Of a stretch of 64,000 bases of DNA, positions 51,932-62,391 are shown one piece after another. A program made the translations under genes and the position numbers. The notes beneath the pieces were generated by a model. It worked only from the letters and a program-made list of their open reading frames with translations. It was not told the origin of the DNA and did not search any database. Origin of the DNA: a virus (lineage: Duplodnaviria > Heunggongvirae > Uroviricota > Caudoviricetes); the IMG/VR virus record IMGVR_UViG_648028025_000005; one strand, 5' to 3'. Position 1 is the stretch's first letter. Every line of letters starts with the position of its first letter.

Positions 51932-52942
51932 ATGGCCGCATTACCATACATGCAACTGTACATAGCTGATTACCTGGCTGACACCATGCATTTGTCCGCA
52001 GAGGAGCACGGTGCGTATTTGTTGCTGATGTTCAATTACTGGCAAACAGGGAAACCAATACCTAAAAACAGGCTGGCAAAAATTTCCCGTCTGACTAACG
52101 AGCGATGGGCTGATGTGGAACCATCCTTGCGGGAGTTTTTTTGCGATAACAGCGATGAATGGGTGCATCTTCGGATTGAGGAAGATCTGGCATCAGTCAG
52201 GGAAAAATTGACCAAAAAATCAGCCGCCGGAAAAGCATCTGTTCAGGCCAGAAGAAGCAGAAAGGAAGCATATGTTCAAACAAAACAAGAGAGAGATTTA
52301 ACAGGTGTTCAAACAAATGTTGGTGTTGTGTTTGAACATGACGCAAACACAAAAGCAACTAATAAAGATACAGATCTAAAAGAATTAAACCCCACACATA
52401 ACGTGCGTGAACGCGAGAGTATTCCGACCAGTGAGTCGCATGGTGCGCCGTTGCAGACAGCCGAACCTGAATACCTGGACGGCCTGAGCGAACCGATCGG
52501 GAAATTTTCGATGACTACTGTCTGGCAGCCGTCGCCGGATTTTCGACAACGGGCAGCAGTGTGGGGTATGGCTCTGCCTGAGCCGGAATTTACACCTGCT
52601 GAGCTTGCCGCATTCCGGGATTACTGGATGGCGGAGGGGAAGGTTTTCACGCAGGTTCAGTGGGAGCAGAAATTTGCCCGCCACGTGCAGCACGTCAGGG
52701 CACAGGTAAAACCAGTCAGCAAGGGGGTAAGCCATGCAGCATCAGGTGGCACGGCATCACGGGCAGTTCAGGAAATCCGGGCAGCACGCGAACAGTGGGA
52801 ACGTGAAAACGGATTTATCAGCAACGGAAACGGCCTGGAAGCTGTGGGAGCTTATGGGGGAGGTGTATTCGAACCGCTGGACTCAGAAGAACGGGGCCGC
52901 ACCTTCGAAGCTCTGGATTGCCCAGATTGGTGCGATGACTGA
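51932..52942 (+). CDS. replication protein, DUF1376-like (O position); start uncertain
   Basis: N-terminal PYMQLYIADYLADTMHLSAEEHGAYLLLMFNYWQTG characteristic of DUF1376 phage replication proteins (recalled); track ORF begins 51878. Confidence 0.55.
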   Translation: MAALPYMQLYIADYLADTMHLSAEEHGAYLLLMFNYWQTGKPIPKNRLAKISRLTNERWADVEPSLREFFCDNSDEWVHLRIEEDLASVREKLTKKSAAGKASVQARRSRKEAYVQTKQERDLTGVQTNVGVVFEHDANTKATNKDTDLKELNPTHNVRERESIPTSESHGAPLQTAEPEYLDGLSEPIGKFSMTTVWQPSPDFRQRAAVWGMALPEPEFTPAELAAFRDYWMAEGKVFTQVQWEQKFARHVQHVRAQVKPVSKGVSHAASGGTASRAVQEIRAAREQWERENGFISNGNGLEAVGAYGGGVFEPLDSEERGRTFEALDCPDWCDD

Positions 52943-53396
52943 ACAGCAAATCCGTCTGGTCTGCCGTCAGTGCATGGACCGCTGCCGGGCGGGTGAAACG
53001 TGGCCCCCGGACCTGGCTGAGTTTGTTGCGCTGATTTCGGAGAGTGGGGCAAATCCATTTGGTCTTACGGTGGATGCCGTGATGGAAGAGTACCGGCGCT
53101 GGCGCAATGAATCCTGGCGATACGACGGGAGTGATAAATACCCGTGGCCACAGCCTGTGCTGTACCACATCTGCCTCGAAATGCGTACCAGAGGGATTGA
53201 GCGCCAGATGACGCAGGGTGAGTTAAAACTACTTGCAGAACGGCAACTGACGAAATGGGCAAAGCATGTTGGTAACGGGATGAGTGTTCCGCCAGTGCGA
53301 CGACAACTGGAAGGGGCGAAACACCCGCAAGGGCCAACGCCAATTGAGCGGCTGAAACAGGAATACGAACGCCGGAAGGCAGCTGGTTTTATTTGA
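52734..53396 (+). CDS. replication protein P-like (helicase loader family); start uncertain (52854 or 52935)
   Basis: weak lambda P-like pattern; ATG 52935 overlaps upstream stop (ATGACTGA) but homology seems to extend upstream, so 5' boundary unresolved. Confidence 0.5.
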   Translation: MQHQVARHHGQFRKSGQHANSGNVKTDLSATETAWKLWELMGEVYSNRWTQKNGAAPSKLWIAQIGAMTEQQIRLVCRQCMDRCRAGETWPPDLAEFVALISESGANPFGLTVDAVMEEYRRWRNESWRYDGSDKYPWPQPVLYHICLEMRTRGIERQMTQGELKLLAERQLTKWAKHVGNGMSVPPVRRQLEGAKHPQGPTPIERLKQEYERRKAAGFI

Positions 53397-53411
53397 ATCT
53401 GAGAAACGATT

Positions 53412-54155
53412 TTGTCGGAGGAAATTTTAATGGAAACCGTATTTGACGCACTGAAAGCACTGAAAAGAGCCTCTTCACAGGTAGTGGCGGCCCGCCTTGG
53501 AATCAGCCGTGAAGATGCGGTCAACGAACTGTGGAAACTGAAGCGCCGCGGTGAAGCGGATAACAAGGGGTCGATGTGGTGGCTGATTCAGGCTGGTGAA
53601 AGTGAACCGGTGTCACCGGTACCGAAAGTGACAGCGCAAATGCTGACTGAGGCGATTGAACAACATGGCCCACAAACGGCGGATGAGCTGGCACTGATGT
53701 TCGGGATTACCTCCCGCCGGGCGAATTCATCGCTGGCCATGGTAATCAGCAAAGGGCGTCTGATTCGCGTGAATCAGGGCGGTAAATTTCGTTACTGCAT
53801 ACCGGGCGCTGATTTACCGGCAGAGCCGGAAGCTGCATCCGTAGCGGAAACCGATGGTAAAGCCTTTCCTCAGCCAGCAGGTGTTGCGTTACCAGTTCGG
53901 GAAGCAGAAACACAGGAAGAAATAAAAACGGAAAGTGTGGCGGTCACAGTGCAGTCACAGCCGTCGTTCACCAGAAAACATCCGGATGGTCTGATTTTAC
54001 CATCGCTGCATGTGGCTAACCGCGAGCTGCGCCGGGCAAAAGGTCAGGTTCAGAAGTGGGAGCGAGTCTGCGCCGCGCTGCGGGAGCTGAACAAGCACCG
54101 GGATATTGTTCGACAGATTACTGATTCTTCCCGCCGTGTTGTATCGGAAAAGTGA
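53412..54155 (+). CDS. conserved lambdoid nin-region protein (hypothetical)
   Basis: 247 aa; paralog of 5408-6178. Confidence 0.55.
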   Translation: MSEEILMETVFDALKALKRASSQVVAARLGISREDAVNELWKLKRRGEADNKGSMWWLIQAGESEPVSPVPKVTAQMLTEAIEQHGPQTADELALMFGITSRRANSSLAMVISKGRLIRVNQGGKFRYCIPGADLPAEPEAASVAETDGKAFPQPAGVALPVREAETQEEIKTESVAVTVQSQPSFTRKHPDGLILPSLHVANRELRRAKGQVQKWERVCAALRELNKHRDIVRQITDSSRRVVSEK

Positions 54156-54170
54156 TTGCCGGAGGCGCTT

Positions 54171-54563
54171 ATGGCAAAAGAATTTACACCAGAAGAGCGG
54201 GAAGAAGTGAAGGCGCGCATTGTGGAATTCGTGCGCCTGAGCGGACGAGAAACTTTTCGACAACTGGCAGATAAAACGGGTGTCAGTAAGACCGCTATTC
54301 GTCGTTTATCTGGTGCGCTTGCGGCCAGTGGTGATGTCTGGCTCTCTGGTTGCGGGGTATTTCCATCAGAGCAGGCGTATCGCGTATGGCGTAAGACACC
54401 GGAGAAGGCTGCTGACCCGACACTGATTCGAAAGTTACCTGACGGAGAAATACGTCGTTACAACAGACGGCAGAACATAATTTGTCGTGAGTGCCGCCAG
54501 AGCGAAGTTATGCAGCGTGTGCTGGCGTTCTATCGGGGAAACTTTCAGGAGGTGATGGAGTGA
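54171..54563 (+). CDS. hypothetical protein
   Basis: paralog of 6194-6607; ATG 54171. Confidence 0.5.
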   Translation: MAKEFTPEEREEVKARIVEFVRLSGRETFRQLADKTGVSKTAIRRLSGALAASGDVWLSGCGVFPSEQAYRVWRKTPEKAADPTLIRKLPDGEIRRYNRRQNIICRECRQSEVMQRVLAFYRGNFQEVME

Positions 54564-54856
54564 GGGTGAGAGTTTATATTGCCGGTCCAATGACGGGATA
54601 TGAAAATTTCAACCGTGAGGCGTTTCACAAGGCGGAAGAGGAACTGAAACGGGAAGGGCATACCGTCTTAACTCCGGCAGTACTTCCGGACGGGCTGACA
54701 CAGCCGCACTACATGGATATTTGCATGGCAATGATTCGTTGTGTGGATGCGATTTACATGCTGAATGGCTGGCAGCGGTCAGCGGGCGCTAAGGCAGAGC
54801 TGGCACTGGCGGAGAAACTGGGGCATGCGGTGATTTATCAGGAGGTGGCTCGATGA
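54560..54856 (+). CDS. DUF4406-like protein (nucleoside 2-deoxyribosyltransferase-like fold, putative)
   Basis: GTG 54560 after GGAGG; N-terminal VYIAGPMTG motif typical of this family (recalled). Confidence 0.5.
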   Translation: MRVRVYIAGPMTGYENFNREAFHKAEEELKREGHTVLTPAVLPDGLTQPHYMDICMAMIRCVDAIYMLNGWQRSAGAKAELALAEKLGHAVIYQEVAR

Positions 54857-55314
54857 GAGAGGTTAACTATGAGGCGCTTCGTGAGGCAGCACAAAACTAT
54901 CAGTCGACGCTGGCGTGGTATCAGGCTACCCCGGACAGCCCAAATGCTGAACGGGATTGTGATGCGGCTCTTGCTGCGTTTAAGCGTCATATCCGTCATC
55001 GGGAAGCGGATATTATCGCTGGTTTGCTGGATGGACTGGAAGAAGCAAAATCACAACTCAACGAGCAGCGTGAGTATTACGAAGGCGTTATCTCTGATGG
55101 GAGCAAGCGTATTGCTGAACTGGATGCGCGGGAAGTTCAATTACCGACTCGCTACGACCTTCGATATGGACACCCGATAAATGCAGATGAGCGACATGTC
55201 ATGATACCTAAAGAAAATGGCAGTTGGCTTTACCTGATTGACCTAGAACACGCATTACGCGTCGCTGGCATTCGCATCAAAGGAGAGGAGCATGGAAATA
55301 AAACCAGAGGATGA
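54853..55314 (+). CDS. Ead/Ea22-like protein
   Basis: 153 aa; N-terminal MREVNYEALREAAQ shared with 56293-56928. Confidence 0.5.
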   Translation: MREVNYEALREAAQNYQSTLAWYQATPDSPNAERDCDAALAAFKRHIRHREADIIAGLLDGLEEAKSQLNEQREYYEGVISDGSKRIAELDAREVQLPTRYDLRYGHPINADERHVMIPKENGSWLYLIDLEHALRVAGIRIKGEEHGNKTRG

Positions 55315-55648
55315 GTTAAGCAATATCGTTTTATTTCCGGTAAAAGAGGATGACCCTCGTAATCAGGTTAATTTTCTTTATGAGCCATCGGAAAGACCAT
55401 ATTGTCATCACGCCTCTGTTCGGGTTGACGAAAAAGAGCGCCAGGTCCGCTGTAAAATCTGCGGTGCGGTTGTGGAGCCGTTTGACTGGATGCTCTCTGT
55501 GGCGAAAAGAGAAACCAGACTGGCAGATGATGTAAGGCTATTGCGCCAGGAGGAACAGGAAAGGCGGAAAAATATAGAAAAGTTAATTCAGATTGAACGT
55601 AACGCGAAAGCGCGGATACGCAGGGCGACAAAATCCAGAACTGAATAA
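55292..55648 (+). CDS. hypothetical protein
   Basis: 118-aa ORF; Cys/His-containing; C-terminal basic coiled coil. Confidence 0.45.
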   Translation: MEIKPEDELSNIVLFPVKEDDPRNQVNFLYEPSERPYCHHASVRVDEKERQVRCKICGAVVEPFDWMLSVAKRETRLADDVRLLRQEEQERRKNIEKLIQIERNAKARIRRATKSRTE

Positions 55649-55698
55649 ATAAATTTAGCGCTGTAAATAAAATCTAATCCTGAACTGGAGGTATATTT

Positions 55699-55911
55699 AT
55701 GTTAAATACACAGAAAGCCATTAATGCGGAAAAATATAACGAGTGGGCAAGAAAATTCTCTGAGCAGATTTTTAAAATTACTGGCGATGAGAATGCGGCA
55801 AAAAATGAATTAGAACCGTGGACACCTGAAGGAAACGCACCAAATTATTGCTGGTGGGAGGTTGATCCGGTTGATGTTGCAAATGAAGCCATGAGTTACC
55901 ACAACGATTAA
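55699..55911 (+). CDS. hypothetical protein
   Basis: 70-aa ORF with RBS-like GGAGGT upstream. Confidence 0.4.
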   Translation: MLNTQKAINAEKYNEWARKFSEQIFKITGDENAAKNELEPWTPEGNAPNYCWWEVDPVDVANEAMSYHND

Positions 55912-55944
55912 TGTCAGGAGGCCGCCCGAAAGGGCGGTAGTTAA

Positions 55945-56127
55945 ATGCGAAAGTTTAAAATAATTATTGAAACGGGAATAGCCGGTGGAGATTTCGAGGA
56001 TGAATTCGAAGTGGATGATGATGCGACGCCTGATGAAATACATGACGAAGCAAAAGATATTTTCTTTAACTACTGCAATTATTCATATCACGAAATAAAA
56101 GACGAAGAGGAAGAACAAAATGGCTGA
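55945..56127 (+). CDS. small acidic hypothetical protein
   Basis: 60-aa ORF, highly acidic. Confidence 0.4.
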   Translation: MRKFKIIIETGIAGGDFEDEFEVDDDATPDEIHDEAKDIFFNYCNYSYHEIKDEEEEQNG

Positions 56128-56296
56128 TTTTGGTTCAACTAAATACAGCGTCAGTTTTGAAGAATGGCATGAACTGTTAATGGAATATGCAGAGTTACGT
56201 GGTGGCAGTGCTGCTGATGCTGAAGCATGGCGTGATGATTATGAAGCAGGAAAAAATCCGGTCGAAGCATATTGTGATGAGTGGGGCGATGAATGA
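56120..56296 (+). CDS. small hypothetical protein
   Basis: 58-aa ORF (MADFGSTKYSVSFEEWHELLMEYAELRGG...) overlapping neighbours by ATGA-type junctions; below track cutoff. Confidence 0.35.
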   Translation: MADFGSTKYSVSFEEWHELLMEYAELRGGSAADAEAWRDDYEAGKNPVEAYCDEWGDE

Positions 56297-56928
56297 GCGA
56301 GATTGACTATCAGGCGCTGCGTGAAGCAGCAGAGAAAGCAACTAAAGGATGCTACATCGTAGGGCATACATCGGGCAATCAGCATGGGAATATAACAGGA
56401 GTTTTTGTTTGTCAAAAATGGAAAGGAGAGCCCGGTGGCGTAATTGCAGAATGTCATGTTAACTGCCTGGTTGAAACAGATGTTCAGGCTTATGCAAACG
56501 CTGAATTTATTGCTGCTTTTAATCCAAATGTTGCGCTGGCACTACTGGATGAACGGGAAGCCCAAAACAAACGAATTGCAGAGCTGAAAGCTAATCTTGT
56601 GGCGCTGGCGGCGGAGAATGCGGTAATAAAGTCTGCAATTCCAGAACCACGGGATATTGAGGACGACAATGACAATATGGATGACGTATCTCTTGCTGAA
56701 GATTTCGGGTTCAATCATGCAATAGAACGGATGAGGAGACGGATTCCTGAAACTCCGGCCACCGACGCTTTCCTGGCTGAAGTACGGGCGGGGTTGTTTA
56801 ACGAGCTTTGCGCGGCGTTTGTCAGGTACGAAAAAGTTGCAGGACTGGATGATAGCGATACAGTAACGCTTAAGGAAGCGACAGAAGCATTGCTGGATTG
56901 TGCGGAACAGCTTATCGCGCCTGAATAA
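56293..56928 (+). CDS. Ead/Ea22-like protein
   Basis: 211 aa; MSEIDYQALREAAEKATKG N-terminus. Confidence 0.5.
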   Translation: MSEIDYQALREAAEKATKGCYIVGHTSGNQHGNITGVFVCQKWKGEPGGVIAECHVNCLVETDVQAYANAEFIAAFNPNVALALLDEREAQNKRIAELKANLVALAAENAVIKSAIPEPRDIEDDNDNMDDVSLAEDFGFNHAIERMRRRIPETPATDAFLAEVRAGLFNELCAAFVRYEKVAGLDDSDTVTLKEATEALLDCAEQLIAPE

Positions 56929-57015
56929 TTAAATTTAGTTAAAAATTTAATCCTTAACCGGAGGGATTTCTGCACCCTCAAAACATCAGGAGGCCGCCTG
57001 AAAGGGCGGTAAGAA

Positions 57016-57234
57016 ATGACTACATTATTCAGAAAAGAATATCCGAGAAAAAGTAGAGCGACAGAATTTTTGTTTCTCATTATATTTATCGTGTTGATGA
57101 TACCGATACCCCCGCTATTACTGGTCTGGTTTATCGTGAAAATAATTGAGCCAGTTATTGAATTGTATAACGACGTGGTGTGGGCGTCGTTCAGCACACT
57201 GCACAATAAAATTAATCCGTATAAGGAAAGCTGA
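57016..57234 (+). CDS. small membrane protein (hypothetical)
   Basis: 72 aa with one hydrophobic helix FLFLIIFIVLMIPIPPLLLVWFIV. Confidence 0.4.
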   Translation: MTTLFRKEYPRKSRATEFLFLIIFIVLMIPIPPLLLVWFIVKIIEPVIELYNDVVWASFSTLHNKINPYKES

Positions 57235-57235
57235 T

Positions 57236-57601
57236 ATGGCACTGACGAAAAAACAACGTGCAGAGCTGCGCATGAAGTTCGGCGGTCGCTGTGCTTATTG
57301 CGGCTGCGAACTTGGCGAAAAGTGGCATGCAGACCATGTAAAACCGGTCATTCGTTTTGATGGAAATATGCTTCACCAGGAACGTGACGATATATCCAAC
57401 ATGGTTCCGGCATGCCACCCATGCAATCTGCACAAGCATTGCAGTAGTCTGGAAGATTATCGGCGAATTATCAGTGATGGTCGTCGTGAATTCCTTGCGT
57501 CCGGGAAAGGCAAAGCGCTGGTTCGTATGGGATTGGTTGAAATGAAATCTGACCCAGTTGTGTTCTGGTTTGAAAAATATCAAGAAGGGGCTACGGCATG
57601 A
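57236..57601 (+). CDS. HNH endonuclease-domain protein
   Basis: CAYCGC...HADHV...[10 protein letters not shown] motif; ATG 57236. Confidence 0.65.
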   Translation: MALTKKQRAELRMKFGGRCAYCGCELGEKWHADHVKPVIRFDGNMLHQERDDISNMVPACHPCNLHKHCSSLEDYRRIISDGRREFLASGKGKALVRMGLVEMKSDPVVFWFEKYQEGATA

Positions 57602-57942
57602 CGACTTTTACCAGAGAGCAGTTAATAGCTCACGCAGAGGAGACTATTGAAACACAGAGACTGTGCATACCGGGCACAATCGACCATGACATCATCCGCA
57701 CATATAAGATGGATATTGCTGTTCTGGAAATCGCACTGGTATCGCTGGCAGCAGAGCCAGCCGGTAAATTGCATGAATACAAACCAGTGGGATATCAGCG
57801 TCTGGTCGATGAGTTAACCATGCTGGTAAAGCAGTTAACCTGGCAACTGAGGAAAGCGAAGCCAGACTGCAAATTACCGGATAAGGCGATGAGTTATCTG
57901 GAGCGGAACGGACTGATAAGCGTGGAGGATATTTTACGATGA
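57598..57942 (+). CDS. hypothetical protein
   Basis: 114-aa ORF overlapping HNH stop. Confidence 0.45.
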   Translation: MTTFTREQLIAHAEETIETQRLCIPGTIDHDIIRTYKMDIAVLEIALVSLAAEPAGKLHEYKPVGYQRLVDELTMLVKQLTWQLRKAKPDCKLPDKAMSYLERNGLISVEDILR

Positions 57943-58146
57943 CCTGGCCTGAAGCATTCACAACGGTAGGAATTGCGATGGCGGTGGCGCTGGTGGTGTA
58001 TTCGATTTGCCGCTGGGGATAAATCGCCGAAAAAAGATCCCGACATAAACATGAGCCGGGATCTTTGATTTATATAGCCTACGAATCCGCCAGTAAGAGA
58101 GGGGGCGGACGGTTAATTCTAACACCGGAATGATGTGGGTAAAAGT

Positions 58147-58446
58147 TTATAAGAAATCGGTTTCATAACTTTGCCCACCATGATAGATACCGACAATAAA
58201 GACTTTTCTGCTATCAACGGCAAAAGCAATAATCGTTCTGTGGCGGAAATGAGTTACCCGCATCCCCTGGCGAATATCATCGCGTTTATTGCCCCGATGC
58301 GGGAATGTAGAAAACCCATCAAGATAATCAAGAAGCGCATTGGCATAATTGTCAGCAATGACGTTCCCTGCTTTCTCCGTTATATACCTGTGCAGGTTGA
58401 TTATTTGTTGTTCGGCCTCAGGAGTAATGATGACTTCATATGTCAT
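58147..58446 (-). CDS. parE: type II toxin ParE (RelE/ParE superfamily)
   Basis: 99 aa; ParE-like C-terminus RQGMRVTHFRHRTIIAFAVDSRKVFIVGIYHGGQ; downstream of ParD-like antitoxin. Confidence 0.8.
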   Translation of the reverse strand: MTYEVIITPEAEQQIINLHRYITEKAGNVIADNYANALLDYLDGFSTFPHRGNKRDDIRQGMRVTHFRHRTIIAFAVDSRKVFIVGIYHGGQSYETDFL

Positions 58447-58451
58447 GCAGA

Positions 58452-58709
58452 TTACTTCCCGGATCGAATCGCGGCGCGAACCTGTGAAATGGAGCGTCCG
58501 TTGTTTGGATTTTCGCGGATAGAATCAAGAGAGGGGGCGGCTGAATGCGTTAACCACGCTTCGATTGCTTTATCGCGCTCATTCAGTGCGCGAAGCCCTT
58601 CACGAATGACCTCGCTTTCTGAAGCATAGGCACCGGAAGCCACACGGGCGCGCACCATGTCAGCCATTTCGTTAGTTAATGTAATGCTGAATTGTTGGGT
58701 TGTACGCAT
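58452..58709 (-). CDS. parD: type II antitoxin ParD (ribbon-helix-helix)
   Basis: 85 aa from ATG 58709 (MRTTQQFSITLTNEMADMVRARVASGAYASESEVIREGLRAL). Confidence 0.75.
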   Translation of the reverse strand: MRTTQQFSITLTNEMADMVRARVASGAYASESEVIREGLRALNERDKAIEAWLTHSAAPSLDSIRENPNNGRSISQVRAAIRSGK

Positions 58710-58844
58710 GGTAAACCTCACGGAGTAGGATAGAACACCATTCGATGATAGCACGTTGCCTGTTGACGACAACAGAAATCAGAGACAATATTGCCGCACG
58801 CCAGCTTGAACAACTGGCACCTGCTGCGCCAGCAGAGAAAACCG

Positions 58845-59117
58845 ATGGCGCACAATACCAAACATCACAATTCTGATATCGCCCCTGCCAGCAGGCAAGG
58901 GCGGTGTTCTCACACATTCAAATATGACTGGTATCAGCACGATCCCTGCACTGAAGAACAGGCCGAATGGCTGATTCATAACTACCGCAGACGTGGGTAT
59001 GAGTTTAAGAAAGCCCTTAGCCTCGACTACCGTCACTGGATAATCTACGTCAGGCTCCTTTATTCCGAACGCCCGCCGCGTCCGTCCCGCACATTCCAGC
59101 AACGCATCTGGAGGTAA
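58845..59117 (+). CDS. small hypothetical protein upstream of DUF968 gene (Rem-position)
   Basis: paralog of 9972-10250. Confidence 0.5.
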   Translation: MAHNTKHHNSDIAPASRQGRCSHTFKYDWYQHDPCTEEQAEWLIHNYRRRGYEFKKALSLDYRHWIIYVRLLYSERPPRPSRTFQQRIWR

Positions 59118-59118
59118 C

Positions 59119-60165
59119 GTGCGGGTATTACTTCGACCTGTTCTGGTACCGGAACTCGGGCTGGTGATCGTTAAGCCGGGTCGTGAATCCATGCCGGTAT
59201 TCCACAATACCCGGGTACTGGTGGAGCCGGAACCGAAAAGCATGCGTAATCTGCCGTCCGGGGTTGTTCCTGCCGTTCGCCAGCCGCTAGTGGAAGACAA
59301 AACATTGCTGCCGTTTTTCAGTAACGCACGGGTGATTCGTGCTGCTGGTGGTGCTGGTGCATTGTCTGACTGGCTGTTGCGCCATATTAAATCCTGCCAG
59401 TGGCCACACGGCGATTATCATCACAGCGAAACCGTCATTCACCGTTATGGTACCGGCGCAATGGTGTTGTGCTGGCACTGCGACAACCAGCTGCGCGACC
59501 AGACATCCGAATCACTCGGGCAGCTTGCTCAACAAAATCTGACAGCCTGGATGATTGACGTCATACGTCACGCAATAAGTGGTGCACAGGAACGGGAATT
59601 ATCTCTGGCTGAATTATCCTGGTGGGCGGTCCGCAATCAGGTGGCGGACGCGCTACCGGAAGCGGTATTACGTCGTTCGCTGGGGTTGCGTGCGGAAAAA
59701 ATCCGCTCAATGTACCGTGAAAGCGACATCGTACCGGGAGAGCAGACCGCCACCAGCATACTGAAGCAGCGCACAAAAAATCTTGCGCCGCTGCCTCACG
59801 CTCACCAGCAAAAACCGCCACAGGAAAAGACGGTGGTCAGCATTGCCGTTGATCCTGAGTCTCCGGAATCTTTCATGAAACGACCTAAACGTCGCCGCTG
59901 GGTTAACGAGAAATACACGCACTGGGTGAAGACACAGCCGTGTGCGTGTTGTGGTAAGCCTGCTGACGATCCGCATCACCTGATTGGTCATGGTCAGGGG
60001 GGAATGGGGACAAAATCTCACGATATTTTCACGCTACCGCTGTGTCGGGAGCATCACAACGAGCTTCATGCGGATCCGCTGGCGTTCGAAGAAAAGCATG
60101 GTTCTCAGGTTGATTTAATTTTTCGTTTTCTTGATCACGCCTTTGCAACTGGCGTGCTTGGGTAA
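59119..60165 (+). CDS. DUF968-family protein (YdfU-like)
   Basis: 348 aa; paralog of 10252-11301. Confidence 0.8.
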   Translation: MRVLLRPVLVPELGLVIVKPGRESMPVFHNTRVLVEPEPKSMRNLPSGVVPAVRQPLVEDKTLLPFFSNARVIRAAGGAGALSDWLLRHIKSCQWPHGDYHHSETVIHRYGTGAMVLCWHCDNQLRDQTSESLGQLAQQNLTAWMIDVIRHAISGAQERELSLAELSWWAVRNQVADALPEAVLRRSLGLRAEKIRSMYRESDIVPGEQTATSILKQRTKNLAPLPHAHQQKPPQEKTVVSIAVDPESPESFMKRPKRRRWVNEKYTHWVKTQPCACCGKPADDPHHLIGHGQGGMGTKSHDIFTLPLCREHHNELHADPLAFEEKHGSQVDLIFRFLDHAFATGVLG

Positions 60166-60177
60166 AAGAGGTGACTG

Positions 60178-60537
60178 ATGCTCATAGATTTGGTTTTACC
60201 TTACCCGCCGACGGTGAACACTTACTGGCGACGCCGTGGCAGCACATATTTTATCTCGGAGGAGGGAAAGCGTTATCGCCGGGCTGTGGCGCTTATTGTT
60301 CGCCAGCAGCGGCTGAAATTAAGCCTGTCCGGAAGGCTGGCGATAAAGGTGATTGCAGAGCCACCGGATAAGCGCCGCCGTGACCTGGACAACATTCTGA
60401 AAGCACCGCTGGATGCGCTGACGCATGCGGAAGTGCTCATTGATGACGAGCAGTTTGATGAAATCAATATTGTGCGCGGTCAGCCAGTATCTGGTGGACG
60501 GCTGGGTGTGAAGATTTACAAAATTGAGAGTGAGTGA
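60178..60537 (+). CDS. rusA: Holliday junction resolvase RusA
   Basis: 119 aa; paralog of 11314-11685. Confidence 0.9.
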   Translation: MLIDLVLPYPPTVNTYWRRRGSTYFISEEGKRYRRAVALIVRQQRLKLSLSGRLAIKVIAEPPDKRRRDLDNILKAPLDALTHAEVLIDDEQFDEINIVRGQPVSGGRLGVKIYKIESE

Positions 60538-61076
60538 GCGTAAATATGATATATCCGGAAATTACAGGCAAAAGCGGCGAACATTTACGCCTGAACACGC
60601 TGGAAGCAGTCTGGATCCAGGGGAAATTACGGATGTGGGGGCGGTGGTCGTATATCGGTGGGGGTAAATCCGGAAATATGTTTAACCGGTTACTGGTTTC
60701 GAAAAAGCTGACGAAAACAGCAGTTAATGAGGTTTTACGCAGCATGAAGAAATCCGGGCTGGAAAAACCGGAACTTGAGGCATTTTTTCGGGATATGACC
60801 AGAGGGAAGCAGAAGAGCTGGTTGTCACATTGTACAGACACAGAGGCGTTGATTATTGATCGCGTTATCAGTGAGGTGCTTGGGGAATATCCCGGGCTAA
60901 TCAATATTCTCCGGCAAAGGTACGAAGGACGGGGAATGAGTAAGAGAAAAATGGCAGAATGTTTAAATCGTACTCACCCGGAATGGTGTTTCAGCACATG
61001 TGAGAAACGTATTGCAGGTTGGTTAGCCGTGGCTGAACACATGCTTTATGTACCTATGCACGATTCATTTCGATAA
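60534..61076 (+). CDS. putative late antiterminator Q (positional call; unrelated in sequence to Q of prophage A)
   Basis: 180-aa ORF overlapping rusA stop, in the Q position; no family motif confirmed. Confidence 0.45.
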   Translation: MSVNMIYPEITGKSGEHLRLNTLEAVWIQGKLRMWGRWSYIGGGKSGNMFNRLLVSKKLTKTAVNEVLRSMKKSGLEKPELEAFFRDMTRGKQKSWLSHCTDTEALIIDRVISEVLGEYPGLINILRQRYEGRGMSKRKMAECLNRTHPEWCFSTCEKRIAGWLAVAEHMLYVPMHDSFR

Positions 61077-61317
61077 AAAAAGCTTGCTTTTTTACGCAGA
61101 AACAGCTTGAATTCCTGTAAGCTTCGCAAAGCTGTATCGCGAGGCGAAATGCAAGTTTTTTCGCACAAGGAAGCCACCGGAAGGTGGTTTTTTTGTGTCC
61201 GTAATATACAGCAGCGCAATAAATTCGCTGGTGGTTATTAATACCGTTCTTTCAGCTTGCTGGCTTTTTCGACAAGAGTTATTGGTGTGTCACGTTAACC
61301 GAAAAAGGGAAAAAGAC

Positions 61318-61515
61318 ATGCTGAAACAGCAGGATATGACCGAAACCGCCAGAGTGGTGTTTAATGAATTAAGCGTTACCGAACCGGCGACAGTCGGGGA
61401 GGTTGCGCAGAATACTTACCTTTCACGCGAACGCTGCCAGTTAATACTGACCCAGCTTGTTATGGCGGGTCTGGCAGACTATCAGTGCGGTTGTTACAGA
61501 CGCCTTCAGTCCTGA
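61318..61515 (+). CDS. small putative DNA-binding protein upstream of AraC regulator
   Basis: paralog of 13303-13500. Confidence 0.5.
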   Translation: MLKQQDMTETARVVFNELSVTEPATVGEVAQNTYLSRERCQLILTQLVMAGLADYQCGCYRRLQS

Positions 61516-61649
61516 AGGCTTTTTATTTGTGGTGAATGGGCGGCTGGTGGGGGGGCGACACCTGTCAGTCCTTTGCTTATGTGTTGATGATAATTTACCT
61601 TTTGGGGCTATAATTGAGCTAACCAATTGCTAATGAAAGTAAAATTATA

Positions 61650-62363
61650 ATGGCTGTTGTCTGTTCAGTTATCATGGTTTGCTCCCCAATTAATATTTTT
61701 CTTGAAAAGGATACGTTGTCACTTAAGCCAGGCTCAGTCGTTCTGGCCACCAAATGCATCAGGGAGCTTTTCCTTATGCATTATGGCAAAGTTAAAATTG
61801 TCGATATAAGCGAATCCGTCGTAAGTCAATATCTGGAAAGTCAGCATAAGCTGACGAGGACTCGTCTGACTGACATTCCGCTTTACCTGTTGCTGGAACC
61901 CAACAATCCTGCGTTGGCTGCGGCTTTAATTACCAGCCAGGGATTTTCCGGAGAGGCCACGGATATGTTTCTTATGATGGCCTGCCTGTCTCTGTTTGAA
62001 ACAGATGAACGGATGTCATTGTTTTTAAGTGGATGTTTATCCAGCATAAGTGCCAAAGTCAGGGCGATAATTCAGACAGATATATCAGCAAGCTGGACGC
62101 TTGGTGCGATTGCTCTACAGTTGCATATGAGTGAGAGTTTGTTAAAGACAAAACTGAAAAATGAAGGGGGCATGTTCAGTCGCTTGTTGCTGGAAGAGCG
62201 GATGCGTGTTGCTGTAAATATGTTATGTTCCCGGCATGGATATGGACAGGCTATAGCAGAAAAATGCGGTTATTCAAGCAGGTCCTACTTTATTTCTGTA
62301 TTTCACCGCTATTATGGCTTCCCGCCAGACAGATATGTATCCAGGCAAGGGCTTGATTATTGA
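61650..62363 (+). CDS. AraC-family transcriptional regulator (prophage-borne)
   Basis: 237 aa; paralog of 13638-14351. Confidence 0.8.
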   Translation: MAVVCSVIMVCSPINIFLEKDTLSLKPGSVVLATKCIRELFLMHYGKVKIVDISESVVSQYLESQHKLTRTRLTDIPLYLLLEPNNPALAAALITSQGFSGEATDMFLMMACLSLFETDERMSLFLSGCLSSISAKVRAIIQTDISASWTLGAIALQLHMSESLLKTKLKNEGGMFSRLLLEERMRVAVNMLCSRHGYGQAIAEKCGYSSRSYFISVFHRYYGFPPDRYVSRQGLDY

Positions 62364-62391
62364 TTTTCATCTGATTATTATTTTTTGGCTC

